DNA of 64,000 nucleotides from Escherichia coli (GTDB lineage: Bacteria; Pseudomonadota; Gammaproteobacteria; Enterobacterales; Enterobacteriaceae). The notes beneath the pieces were generated by a model. The model had not been told where the DNA came from. It did not search any database and saw nothing but the letters and a program-made list of their open reading frames with translations. Of the stretch, positions 1 to 10,211 are shown piece after piece. Each line of letters begins with the position of its first letter. Within the stretch, counting starts at the first letter, position 1. Position numbers and translations under genes: made by a program. The stretch lies in assembly GCF_003334315.1 (NCBI RefSeq), contig NZ_QOWR01000018.1. One strand, 5' to 3'.

Positions 1-41
1 AGGTACCCGTAAAGCGCGTAAACCTGAACTGGAGGTGAACC

Positions 42-371
42 ATGGCGCAGTTTGAATGGGTTCACGCCGCCTGGCTGGCATTGGCAATCGTGCTGGAAAT
101 CGTTGCTAACGTCTTTTTGAAATTTTCTGACGGCTTTCGTCGCAAAATATTTGGCTTGCTCTCCCTGGCGGCGGTGCTGGCTGCCTTTAGTGCGCTTTCT
201 CAAGCCGTTAAAGGGATCGACTTGTCTGTCGCTTATGCATTGTGGGGCGGGTTTGGTATTGCCGCCACGTTAGCCGCAGGTTGGATCTTGTTTGGTCAAC
301 GGTTAAATCGTAAAGGCTGGATTGGCCTGGTCTTGCTGTTGGCTGGAATGATCATGGTGAAACTTGCCTGA
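42..371 (+). CDS. mdtI: SMR-family spermidine exporter subunit MdtI (109 aa)
   Basis: Intact ORF, 4-TM small multidrug resistance-like sequence; synteny with ydgD and asr. Confidence 0.85.
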
Positions 372-409
372 TGAAGACGCTGCCCGCGCTGTCGGGCAGC
401 GTTTGAACA

Positions 410-1231
410 TTATTTTTGCGACAGTTGATCCAGCTTGTCGCGAAAACCGGTAACAGAAATGGCCCGGTTATCGGCGCGCCAGCGATCTTTCGCGGCAGGA
501 GCCGAACTTTGCACCCCAATTAATTGCCAGCCGTCATCGGTATGCAACATCAGAGGCGAACCGCTGTCACCCGGCAAGGTATCGCACTGATGTGACATCA
601 CCGACGTTTGCGCCCAGCCAGTCACTTCACAGTTTTGATGACTGTACAACGTATCGAGATGATCTTCAGGGTAGCCTGCCTGAGTCACTTTACGACCTGC
701 CGCTTTTAATGCGGCGGTAAGCGCGGCTTTATCTCCCTCAAATAACGGCAACGGCGTAATGCCAGAAGGGGGATTACGTAGCACAATCAATCCGAAGTCC
801 CACGGCGCGGCTGCGGGAGGTACAATCCAACCATCCCCATCTGCTTTTAACCGCTTTCCCAGTGTCGGATCAACGCGGCCTTCTATGTCGTGGATCTCAT
901 AGCGCCAAAGACCTTTATTTGACACAAAACGCAGCGCCACTGCTTTATCGGCTTTACCCTTTGGAGGTGTCAATAAACAGTGTCCTGCCGTTAATGCCAG
1001 ATTGGGTGCAATCAGCGTCGCCGTACATAAATTGCCGCTGGCCGTTTCCAGTTGCCCAACCGCATCCCACGGTGATTGGGTCGTGTCATTCACTGGCACA
1101 CGATCATCATGACCAAAAAACAGGGTGCTGACCTCATCGTTTGCCGATCTGGCAACGTCTGGTTTATCTGCAAACACAAAAGCAGACGTCAAACTAATTG
1201 CACCCAACACTACAGCAATGGTTGTACGCAT
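410..1231 (-). CDS. ydgD: Secreted trypsin-like (S1) serine peptidase YdgD (273 aa)
   Basis: Signal peptide; TAGHC histidine and GDSGSP serine active-site motifs. Confidence 0.8.
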
Positions 1232-1506
1232 ATCACACTCTGGTGGGTAATTATGATTATTAAAAGCAAACCCTCATAAATACTATAGACGGGACGGGAT
1301 GAAAGTGGGAGTAAAATCAGATAACTACAATCAGGAAAGATAAAAACGGGCGGCAATCAGTGCGCATAAAATAAGGATGATCAGAATGAACTCAAAGCGA
1401 TAACGGCCCACCATACTACCCTCCGCTAAAGGCGGTGCTAAACGTTACCCGCTTAGCACCGTAATTTTCAGGCGCGAGGGGGCGCGCCAGCATTACTGTT
1501 GAAAAC

Positions 1507-1815
1507 TTACGCTGCGGGTTGTGCAGCAGGTTTTGCCGGTTGCTGATGGCTGTGTTTCTTGGCGTGTTTCTTCGCTGCCTGCGCTTTTTGTTCAGGGGCT
1601 TTCTGTTCAGCTTTCGTATTTTTATGATGCTTTTTAGCCGCCTGCGCTTTCTGGGCAGGTGCTGCTTTATGCTGTTTTTTATGATGTGTAGTTTTCGCCG
1701 GCGCTGCTTTGGTGGTCGTCGCAGTCGGAGCAGGTGTGGTCGTAGTCTCTGCAGCAAAGGCGGCAGAAGACAGACCCATAGCAGCGGCAACAACCAGAGC
1801 TAATACTTTTTTCAT
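1507..1815 (-). CDS. asr: Acid shock protein Asr
   Basis: Signal peptide [21 protein letters not shown] then Lys/Ala/His-rich low-complexity repeats; start taken at second in-frame Met of the 111-aa ORF. Confidence 0.8.
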   Translation of the reverse strand: MKKVLALVVAAAMGLSSAAFAAETTTTPAPTATTTKAAPAKTTHHKKQHKAAPAQKAQAAKKHHKNTKAEQKAPEQKAQAAKKHAKKHSHQQPAKPAAQPAA

Positions 1816-2238
1816 TGTCATACCCTCAATTTGTTTTTTCATTTAACCCCACTGCGGGGCCGTTGAAATAACTATATCCCTGGGAATGGCAGACTTCCGT
1901 GAGTGGTTGGTTTCAGCGTGTAACGATATGTACAAACGCTGAATAAATTACAGCGTTGATAATAACGTATTGTGACTTAAGGGAAATTTAGCTACCAATA
2001 ATAGTAGTCTTGATCGGGTTAACTATTTTACTACTTACAAAGCAGTAGAATAACTGCGCATCAGTAATAAATGACACACAGCAAAATGAATCCGTTTATT
2101 TGGGTACTTATAATCCTGATGACGCTAGACGCGCTGCGGGAATTGGCTGGCGCTTCGTCTATTTTAGGATGGCTATTAACGTTGGTTTGAGCTGGCAATA
2201 AGTCCGGACGGGTATTTACCGCAGTCCGGACTTATTTT

Positions 2239-3492
2239 TCAGGCGTGCAGACGACGATGCAAACGCGTCCCGACCAGCAGAGCAATGACCAGCATCAGAG
2301 CAATAAATGCGCCGACGCCGTTCCAGCCATAGTTATGCCAGAAAACACCACCCAGCGTCCCGGCAATACTCGACCCCAGATAGTAACTGAACAGATACAG
2401 CGAGGAGGCCTGGCCTTTAGCGCGTTTTGCGCGGGGGCCGATCCAGCTGCTGGCTACTGAGTGGGCTGCGAAGAATCCTGCTGAGAAGAGTAACATTCCG
2501 GCAAAGATCAGCCACAGCGAGCTGAATAAGGTCATCAGTAAACCAAACAGCATAACCCCCGTCGAAAACAACATCACTGGACCACGCCCATAGCGGGTGG
2601 TCATGGTTCCGGCTTTGGGTGAGCTCCATGTACCGGTCAAATAAGCCAGCGATAATAAGCCAACCACGGCCTGACTGACGTGCCAGGGGGAGAGCATCAA
2701 CCGATAGCCGATGTAATTAAACAGCGTGACGAACGACCCCATCAGCAAAAAGCCTTCTGCGAACAATAACGGTAATCCCCGGTCACGCCAGTGCAGACGA
2801 AAGTTGATAAACAACGTCTTAGGGCGCAGCGAAGTCGGGCGAAAATGGCGTGATTCAGGGAGGATTTTCCAGAACATCAACGCCGAGGCCAGCGCGAAAC
2901 AACCGATTGCCGCCAGAGCAATTCGCCAGTTGAAAAAGTCCGTGAAGACACCGCTAATTAAGCGTCCGCTCATGCCGCCAATTGAGTTGCCGCTGATATA
3001 CAACCCCATTGAAAAGGCCACGAAACTGGGATGGATTTCCTCGCTAAGATAAGTCATGCCAACAGCTGCCACGCCACTTAACGAAAGCCCAATCAAGGCG
3101 CGCATAATCAAAATGCCGTGCCAGCTGGTCATCATTGTCGAAAGTAACGTACAAATGGAGGCCAACAGTAGCGCCGTGACCATCACTGGTTTGCGACCAA
3201 TGGCATCGGATAGCGGGCCAGTAAACAGCAAACCAATAGCCAACATCGCCGTGGAAATGGACAGTGAAATACTACTGTTCGCGGGGGTTAAGCCAAACTC
3301 CTGCGAAAGCACCGGAAGGATAGGCTGCACACAATAGAGAAGTGCAAATGTTGCCAGTCCGGCAGAGAACAGCGCCAGGGTGACGCGCATAAATTGCGGC
3401 GTACCGCGTTTAATAAATTGATTTGGCTGAGAAATGCTTTGCTTGTCAGTGTCGCTTGCCGGAGCGCCATCAACAGTTGTAGTACGGCTCAC
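2239..3492 (-). CDS. ynfM: MFS transporter YnfM (417 aa)
   Basis: 12-TM hydrophobic ORF; position between asr and ynfL. Confidence 0.8.
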   Translation of the reverse strand: MSRTTTVDGAPASDTDKQSISQPNQFIKRGTPQFMRVTLALFSAGLATFALLYCVQPILPVLSQEFGLTPANSSISLSISTAMLAIGLLFTGPLSDAIGRKPVMVTALLLASICTLLSTMMTSWHGILIMRALIGLSLSGVAAVGMTYLSEEIHPSFVAFSMGLYISGNSIGGMSGRLISGVFTDFFNWRIALAAIGCFALASALMFWKILPESRHFRPTSLRPKTLFINFRLHWRDRGLPLLFAEGFLLMGSFVTLFNYIGYRLMLSPWHVSQAVVGLLSLAYLTGTWSSPKAGTMTTRYGRGPVMLFSTGVMLFGLLMTLFSSLWLIFAGMLLFSAGFFAAHSVASSWIGPRAKRAKGQASSLYLFSYYLGSSIAGTLGGVFWHNYGWNGVGAFIALMLVIALLVGTRLHRRLHA

Positions 3493-3598
3493 TTGAAATC
3501 CTTGCTAAATATGCCTGTAGATCAGGCTTATACATAGGGTAGGAAAATCGAATTGTTCTGTCTAATATATTAATAATCTCAAATAAGATGTTTTAAAT

Positions 3599-4492
3599 AT
3601 GAATATTGAACTTCGTCATCTGCGTTACTTTGTTGCTGTTGCGGAAGAGCTGCATTTCGGGCGCGCCGCTGCCCGCCTGAATATTTCGCAACCGCCGCTA
3701 AGTCAGCAGATTCAGGCGCTGGAGCAACAAATTGGTGCCCGACTGCTGGCACGAACCAATCGCAGTGTATTGCTGACGGCAGCAGGAAAACAGTTTCTTG
3801 CAGATAGTCGGCAAATCCTGTCTATGGTGGATGACGCTGCCGCTCGCGCTGAAAGGCTGCATCAGGGTGAAGCGGGGGAGTTGCGCATTGGTTTTACTTC
3901 GTCGGCTCCTTTTATTCGGGCGGTGTCCGATACGTTATCGCTGTTTCGCCGTGATTATCCTGATGTCCATTTACAAACCCGCGAAATGAACACTCGCGAG
4001 CAAATCGCTCCGCTCATTGAAGGAACGCTGGATATGGGATTGCTGCGTAACACAGCGTTACCGGAGTCGCTTGAACACGCAGTCATCGTCCATGAACCGC
4101 TTATGGCGATGATCCCGCACGATCATCCCCTGGCAAATAACCCGAATGTAACGCTGGCTGAACTGGCGAAAGAACCCTTTGTCTTTTTTGATCCGCACGT
4201 CGGGACAGGGCTGTATGACGATATTCTCGGGCTGATGCGACGTTACCATTTGACGCCCGTCATCACTCAGGAGGTGGGCGAGGCAATGACCATCATCGGT
4301 CTGGTTTCCGCCGGTCTGGGTGTTTCAATTTTGCCTGCGTCATTTAAACGTGTTCAGCTCAACGAAATGCGCTGGGTGCCGATTGCTGAAGAGGATGCGG
4401 TTTCTGAAATGTGGTTGGTCTGGCCGAAACATCATGAACAAAGTCCGGCTGCGCGTAACTTTCGTATTCATCTGCTGAATGCTCTCAGGTGA
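3599..4492 (+). CDS. ynfL: LysR-family transcriptional regulator YnfL
   Basis: N-terminal LysR-type HTH (MNIELRHLRYFVAVAEELHFGRAAARLNISQPPLSQQI), 297 aa. Confidence 0.85.
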   Translation: MNIELRHLRYFVAVAEELHFGRAAARLNISQPPLSQQIQALEQQIGARLLARTNRSVLLTAAGKQFLADSRQILSMVDDAAARAERLHQGEAGELRIGFTSSAPFIRAVSDTLSLFRRDYPDVHLQTREMNTREQIAPLIEGTLDMGLLRNTALPESLEHAVIVHEPLMAMIPHDHPLANNPNVTLAELAKEPFVFFDPHVGTGLYDDILGLMRRYHLTPVITQEVGEAMTIIGLVSAGLGVSILPASFKRVQLNEMRWVPIAEEDAVSEMWLVWPKHHEQSPAARNFRIHLLNALR

Positions 4493-4626
4493 GGGAAATT
4501 TCAGCGAAAAAGCCCGAAAAATGTGCTGTTAATCACATGCCTAAGTAAAAATTTGACGACACGTATTGAAGTGCTTCACCATAGCCTACAGATTATTTCG
4601 GAGCGCGAAAATATAGGGAGTATGCG

Positions 4627-5847
4627 GTGGTTGCTGAAAACCAGCCTGGGCACATTGATCAAATAAAGCAGACCAACGCGGGCGCGGTTTATCGCCTGAT
4701 TGATCAGCTTGGTCCAGTCTCGCGTATCGATCTTTCCCGTCTGGCGCAACTGGCTCCTGCCAGTATCACTAAAATTGTCCGTGAGATGCTCGAAGCACAC
4801 CTGGTGCAAGAGCTGGAAATCAAAGAAGCGGGGAACCGTGGCCGTCCGGCGGTGGGGCTGGTGGTTGAAACTGAAGCCTGGCACTATCTTTCTCTGCGCA
4901 TTAGTCGCGGGGAGATTTTCCTTGCTCTGCGCGATCTGAGCAGCAAACTGGTGGTGGAAGAGTCGCAGGAACTGGCGTTAAAAGATGACTTGCCATTGCT
5001 GGATCGTATTATTTCCCATATCGATCAGTTTTTTATCCGCCACCAGAAAAAACTTGAGCGTCTAACTTCGATTGCCATAACCTTGCCGGGAATTATTGAT
5101 ACGGAAAATGGTATTGTACATCGCATGCCGTTCTACGAGGATGTAAAAGAGATGCCGCTCGGCGAGGCGCTGGAGCAGCATACCGGCGTTCCGGTTTATA
5201 TTCAGCATGATATCAGCGCATGGACGATGGCAGAGGCCTTGTTTGGTGCCTCACGCGGGGCGCGCGATGTGATTCAGGTGGTTATCGATCACAACGTGGG
5301 GGCGGGCGTCATTACCGATGGTCATCTGCTACACGCAGGCAGCAGTAGTCTCGTGGAAATAGGCCACACACAGGTCGACCCGTATGGGAAACGCTGTTAT
5401 TGCGGGAATCACGGCTGCCTCGAAACCATCGCCAGCGTGGACAGTATTCTTGAGCTGGCACAGCTGCGTCTTAATCAATCCATGAGCTCGATGTTACATG
5501 GACAACCGTTAACCGTGGACTCATTGTGTCAGGCGGCATTGCGCGGCGATCTACTGGCAAAAGACATCATTACCGGGGTGGGCGCGCATGTCGGGCGCAT
5601 TCTTGCCATCATGGTGAATTTATTTAACCCACAAAAAATACTGATTGGCTCACCGTTAAGTAAAGCGGCAGATATCCTCTTCCCGGTCATCTCAGACAGC
5701 ATCCGTCAGCAGGCCCTTCCTGCGTATAGTCAGCACATCAGCGTTGAGAGTACTCAGTTTTCTAACCAGGGCACGATGGCAGGCGCTGCACTGGTAAAAG
5801 ACGCGATGTATAACGGTTCTTTGTTGATTCGTCTGTTGCAGGGTTAA
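4627..5847 (+). CDS. mlc: ROK-family global regulator Mlc (DgsA), 406 aa, GTG start
   Basis: ROK family sequence with CxCGxxGC zinc motif (CYCGNHGC); begins with GTG. Confidence 0.85.
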   Translation: MVAENQPGHIDQIKQTNAGAVYRLIDQLGPVSRIDLSRLAQLAPASITKIVREMLEAHLVQELEIKEAGNRGRPAVGLVVETEAWHYLSLRISRGEIFLALRDLSSKLVVEESQELALKDDLPLLDRIISHIDQFFIRHQKKLERLTSIAITLPGIIDTENGIVHRMPFYEDVKEMPLGEALEQHTGVPVYIQHDISAWTMAEALFGASRGARDVIQVVIDHNVGAGVITDGHLLHAGSSSLVEIGHTQVDPYGKRCYCGNHGCLETIASVDSILELAQLRLNQSMSSMLHGQPLTVDSLCQAALRGDLLAKDIITGVGAHVGRILAIMVNLFNPQKILIGSPLSKAADILFPVISDSIRQQALPAYSQHISVESTQFSNQGTMAGAALVKDAMYNGSLLIRLLQG

Positions 5848-5971
5848 CATTTTTTAACTGTTCTACCAAAATTTGCGCTATCTCAATTTGGGCCAGGAAA
5901 GCATAACTTAGACTTTCAAGGTTAATTATTTTCCTGGTTTATATTTGTGAAGCATAACGGTGGAGTTAGTG

Positions 5972-6667
5972 ATGCTGAAGCGTTTCTTTATTACCGGTAC
6001 AGACACTTCTGTAGGGAAAACGGTGGTTTCCCGCGCATTGCTACAAGCGTTAGCCTCCCAGGGAAAAACGGTTGCGGGATATAAACCCGTAGCGAAGGGG
6101 AGCAAAGAGACACCCGAAGGGCTGCGTAATAAAGATGCCCTGGTGTTGCAGAGTGTTTCAACCATCGAACTGCCTTATGAAGCAGTTAATCCTATCGCGT
6201 TAAGCGAAGAAGAAAGTAGCGTGGCGCACAGTTGCCCAATCAATTACACCCTCATTTCAAACGGCCTGGCAAACCTGACCGAAAAAGTCGATCATGTCGT
6301 GGTAGAAGGGACTGGCGGCTGGCGCAGTCTGATGAATGATTTGCGTCCACTCTCTGAATGGGTAGTGCAGGAACAACTGCCGGTGTTGATGGTTGTCGGT
6401 ATTCAGGAAGGTTGCATTAACCATGCACTGCTAACAGCTCAGGCGATCGCCAACGACGGGCTGCCGCTCATTGGCTGGGTGGCTAACCGAATCAACCCAG
6501 GACTGGCGCATTATGCGGAAATCATTGATGTGCTGGGTAAAAAACTTCCGGCACCGCTCATTGGTGAACTGCCTTATCTGCCGCGCGCCGAACAGCGTGA
6601 ACTGGGGCAATACATCCGCTTAGCTATGCTGCGCAGTGTGCTGGCGGTAGATAGAGTCACGGTGTAA
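5972..6667 (+). CDS. ynfK: Dethiobiotin synthetase paralog YnfK (BioD-like)
   Basis: P-loop GTDTSVGKT near N-terminus; start at MLKRFFITG. Confidence 0.8.
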
Positions 6668-7876
6668 CGTCCGCGAAATTACCGACGCAATTACGCAGGC
6701 AATCAATAAACCGGGGAGTAGCTGATACTCCCCGGTCATTTCACATATCATCAACGTCGACATAATCGGCGCGTGCGTGGTCGCCGCCAACAGTGTCGCC
6801 ATCCCGGTCAATCCGAGTAAAAGTGTAATTTCTTCGCCATCAGGGAACCATAATCCCAGGCTACGACCATACAACATGCCAATGGCAAGACCGATAAATA
6901 GCGTCGGTGTAAAGACCCCACCGGGTGCGCCGGAACCGCTACTCGCCAGCACGGCACACAGTTTACAAAGGAAGATCCCGGCAATGATCATTAACAGTGG
7001 TGGGGCGGTTAAAAAGGATTGTACGGTGCTATAGCCGTTGCCCCACACTGCAGGTGTGAACAGGGAAAGCAGACCCACGATCAACCCGCCTAGTGCCAGT
7101 TGCCAGGGCGGCGCAAGTTTGAGACTCACAAATCCACGATGACAGGCGTTCATTAACGTTAACAACAGTGGTCCGCACAGACCTGCCAGCACACCTGTAC
7201 TGATAATCAGCGCATAGTCACGAGCCTGAACCGTCACTGAGAGTTGTACGTTGTAGAGTAACGCGTCGCTATGATTAATCAGATTGCTAACCAGCAATGC
7301 CACGACGGCGGAAATAATCACCGGGCCGAGAGAGGCCAACATCATAGTGCCAAACAGCACTTCGGCTATAAATAAACTGCCAGCAAGCGGGGCACGATAG
7401 GCCGCAGCCATTCCCGCCGCGGCCCCACAGGCGATCCATAATTTCCACTCCTGGCGTGGCGTAAAACGTTGGGCAAAACAGGAGGCGGCAAGGGCAGCTA
7501 AAAGAATCATCGCACCTTCGCGACCAATTGCACTGCCGCTGGTTACTACCAGCAGAGAGGCAAGCGATTTAACCAGGCTTGCTGCGTAATCGAACTGTCC
7601 ATCGGTTTGCAACGCTTCCATGTAATCGGTCGGCGCATGAGGGCGTTGTTGGGTAAATTTCTGCCAGCCCATCAGCAACAAACCCGCCGCCAGTCCGCCG
7701 AGCGCCGGAGTTAGCAACCGTCGCCAGGGGGAAAGGTTTGTCGCTGCATTGACCAGACTGCCGGAGTCATTATTGAGGAACAACCACTCCAGTAGCAGCA
7801 TCGCATGACGAAACCCGGCAACGGCAAAGGCCGCGAGAATACCGACGACTGTTGCGATAAGCAGACGGCGGAACAT
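6620..7876 (-). CDS. clcB: ClC-family voltage-gated chloride channel ClcB (418 aa)
   Basis: Polytopic membrane ORF; start chosen at MFRRLLIAT inside the longer 438-aa ORF; 3' end overlaps ynfK by 48 bp. Confidence 0.8.
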   Translation of the reverse strand: MFRRLLIATVVGILAAFAVAGFRHAMLLLEWLFLNNDSGSLVNAATNLSPWRRLLTPALGGLAAGLLLMGWQKFTQQRPHAPTDYMEALQTDGQFDYAASLVKSLASLLVVTSGSAIGREGAMILLAALAASCFAQRFTPRQEWKLWIACGAAAGMAAAYRAPLAGSLFIAEVLFGTMMLASLGPVIISAVVALLVSNLINHSDALLYNVQLSVTVQARDYALIISTGVLAGLCGPLLLTLMNACHRGFVSLKLAPPWQLALGGLIVGLLSLFTPAVWGNGYSTVQSFLTAPPLLMIIAGIFLCKLCAVLASSGSGAPGGVFTPTLFIGLAIGMLYGRSLGLWFPDGEEITLLLGLTGMATLLAATTHAPIMSTLMICEMTGEYQLLPGLLIACVIASVISRTLHRDSIYRQHTAQHS

Positions 7877-8070
7877 AGTGCGCAGATCCGGATAGATGTG
7901 TAGATGATGCATGAGCAGAAATGGGCAATGAAACACGGGCGACTATTTTGCGGCAAAAGAGGCCAGCCGCAAAAGCAGTGCGTGCTTTAAGAGATAAAAA
8001 AACGTGACACTGTAACCTATTATTGCCGGATTGCGCGTAATCGTCACCATCCGGCAATATTACGGTGATC

Positions 8071-8685
8071 CTATCGAAACAGCGGTTTAACCGCGACAGG
8101 AATTAACAGTTGTGATTGCCATTGCGCCAGCGTTAAGCGAGCCAGTTCACCCAGTGCACGGTAGAAAGGGTGTTCTGCTTTTTCGATAAAAACATCAAGA
8201 AAACGTGTTGACCACGGAAAAAGGTGCCATGCCAGCAATTCTTCGCATTCTTTCTGGCGACCATTCTCCGCCAACCACGCAGCCATCAACAGCAGTGAAC
8301 CAAAATGATCTTCCGGTTCGTTTTGCTTCATTTCAAACTGAATGCCTTTCTCGCGCATCCACTGACGAAGTGCCAATGTTGAATCGCCAAACAGCACAGA
8401 TTCGCGATCCAGCCAGACCGACCCCCACGGCGGAGACGGCAGTGCCCACGGGCCGACAAACAAACGCTGCCAGGCCTGGGCGTGAGTCTCTTCACACTGT
8501 GTCTGAAAAGCCGTCACCAGCGGCGCTAATGACGCTTCTGGTAGAGGCCACTGAGTTTCCCAGCCGTCACTGGTGAGTACCGCAACCAGAGGTGCGGCTT
8601 CCGCACTCTCTGGAGCGTAATAAAACAGCGCGCCCAACACGCGCGCCGCGACAGAAAAATTATCTTGCTGTGAAAAATGGGTCAT
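8071..8685 (-). CDS. dmsD: Tat proofreading chaperone DmsD (204 aa)
   Basis: Sequence and position downstream of ynfEFGH; start at MTHFSQQ. Confidence 0.8.
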   Translation of the reverse strand: MTHFSQQDNFSVAARVLGALFYYAPESAEAAPLVAVLTSDGWETQWPLPEASLAPLVTAFQTQCEETHAQAWQRLFVGPWALPSPPWGSVWLDRESVLFGDSTLALRQWMREKGIQFEMKQNEPEDHFGSLLLMAAWLAENGRQKECEELLAWHLFPWSTRFLDVFIEKAEHPFYRALGELARLTLAQWQSQLLIPVAVKPLFR

Positions 8686-8727
8686 TCCTAACATCCTGAA
8701 ATGTGCGGGTTGCCCCGCACCAATTTG

Positions 8728-9582
8728 TTAACCTGCAATAGCCATTCCTACTGTCATGTGCAGGCCATAAAAGAGCACACGCCCGATCATCTCACCGCCA
8801 AGAATGAGGATTAACCCCAGAATAAGTCCGGCAACGTGAGGTTCACGGCGACGAATGAGCGGACAAACCCAGCATCCTAGACCTGCGCATAACAATACCA
8901 CACGCCAGACCTGTAAGGAGGCGTAATCTGGTACCAGTGCGCTGGCTTGTTGTACGGATGAGTGAATACACGCCAGAGACAAACCTTGCAGCACAATCAC
9001 CCCGGCACAAGCGATCAGCGCCAGAACGCTAATGATGGCAAATGGTGTGGTATTAAATGTAACGCGAGCTGCCCGCAGAATTGCGGCAGCAAGTATTGGA
9101 CCGCTCAACAATACCGTCAGGAAGAAAGCCAGCGTAGTGTAACCGTTATGCCAGGTTGGCACGGTGTCGATTTGATACAAGCAGGTCATCATCCAGACGA
9201 AAATGACGCCGAGCGCCATGCTGACAAGTAACCAGAGTTTCCCCAACGCTTGCGGCATTTTACCGATGACCGCCACCAGCCACCATAGTCCGCCAACGGC
9301 AAAAAATATGGAACCGGCAGCAATCTCGTTACTCAGACCAGAAGCTCCGATTCGATTCAGCGAGTTAAACGCCCGCAGTGGCGATCCCAGGTGCATGACA
9401 GAGGCAATAAACCCGATGCCCATCAACAGCCAGAGGAAAAACATGCCACGAACAATGTGCTGACGGTCTGCGTCATTTTTGGCGGCGAACCAGCCAATTC
9501 CGCTAACAATCAGCGCGCCTACTACGCATTGACCCAATACGGTAAAGATAACCAGTGGCCACTCATGCAATCCATTTCCCAT
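8728..9582 (-). CDS. ynfH: DMSO reductase-type membrane anchor subunit YnfH (DmsC-like, 284 aa)
   Basis: Polytopic membrane protein; start chosen at MGNGLHEW inside the 364-aa ORF, just after the ynfG stop. Confidence 0.75.
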   Translation of the reverse strand: MGNGLHEWPLVIFTVLGQCVVGALIVSGIGWFAAKNDADRQHIVRGMFFLWLLMGIGFIASVMHLGSPLRAFNSLNRIGASGLSNEIAAGSIFFAVGGLWWLVAVIGKMPQALGKLWLLVSMALGVIFVWMMTCLYQIDTVPTWHNGYTTLAFFLTVLLSGPILAAAILRAARVTFNTTPFAIISVLALIACAGVIVLQGLSLACIHSSVQQASALVPDYASLQVWRVVLLCAGLGCWVCPLIRRREPHVAGLILGLILILGGEMIGRVLFYGLHMTVGMAIAG

Positions 9583-9583
9583 T

Positions 9584-10201
9584 TTACACTTCCTCCGGAT
9601 TAGCCAGATAACCAGTGGTATCGCCGGTCGGGCGGCTGTTGGCGTTAGGTTTGATAACGATATTGGGTTTTGTGAAATGCGCGCGCGGCAGTGGCGCGAC
9701 GGCAGCAAGAGTGCCGTGCTTCTGGCGCAGCTCTTCAATTGGACCGAACTCAAGTGCACGCAGCGGGCAGGATTCGACGCATATGGGTTGTTTCCCCTCG
9801 GCGACGCGCGAATAACAACCATCGCACTTCGTCATGTGCCCTTTTTCAGCATTGTACTGTGGTGCGCCGTACGGACAAGCCATGTGGCAGTAGCGACAGC
9901 CGATACAAACATCTTCATCAACCACCACAAAGCCATCTTCACGCTTATGCATTGCGCCGCTGGGGCAGACTTTTGTACATGCGGGGTCATCGCAATGGTT
10001 ACAGGAGATGGAGAGATAATAAGCGAAAACGTTCTGGTGCCAGACGCCATTATCTTCCTGCCAGTCGCCGCCAGCATATTCATAAATACGGCGGAAACTG
10101 ACTTCCGGGCCAAGATCTTTAAAATCTTTGCACGCCAGTTCGCAGGTTTTACAGCCAGTACAGCGGCTGGAATCGATAAAAAATCCATATTGTGTGGTCA
10201 T
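9584..10201 (-). CDS. ynfG: Four-cluster ferredoxin subunit YnfG (DmsB-like, 205 aa)
   Basis: Multiple CxxCxxCxxxCP 4Fe-4S motifs. Confidence 0.9.
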   Translation of the reverse strand: MTTQYGFFIDSSRCTGCKTCELACKDFKDLGPEVSFRRIYEYAGGDWQEDNGVWHQNVFAYYLSISCNHCDDPACTKVCPSGAMHKREDGFVVVDEDVCIGCRYCHMACPYGAPQYNAEKGHMTKCDGCYSRVAEGKQPICVESCPLRALEFGPIEELRQKHGTLAAVAPLPRAHFTKPNIVIKPNANSRPTGDTTGYLANPEEV

Positions 10202-10211
10202 GGGCTACTCC

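Noticed and set aside
1416-1803. Two ORFs (125 aa minus, 94 aa plus) overlapping asr
   Set aside because: Alternative frames of the repetitive asr sequence; asr itself has a signal peptide and recognisable repeats.
2190-2232. Hairpin AGTCCGGAC...GTCCGGACT followed by TATTTTT just beyond the ynfM stop
   Set aside because: The U-run is on the plus strand, where no upstream plus-strand gene ends, so it is not a classical terminator for ynfM. Could be a bidirectional terminator or REP-like element; evidence insufficient to call.
9583-9822. N-terminal 80-aa extension of the ynfH ORF
   Set aside because: The extension overlaps ynfG; the start at MGNGLHEW gives the expected 284-aa membrane anchor right after the ynfG stop.
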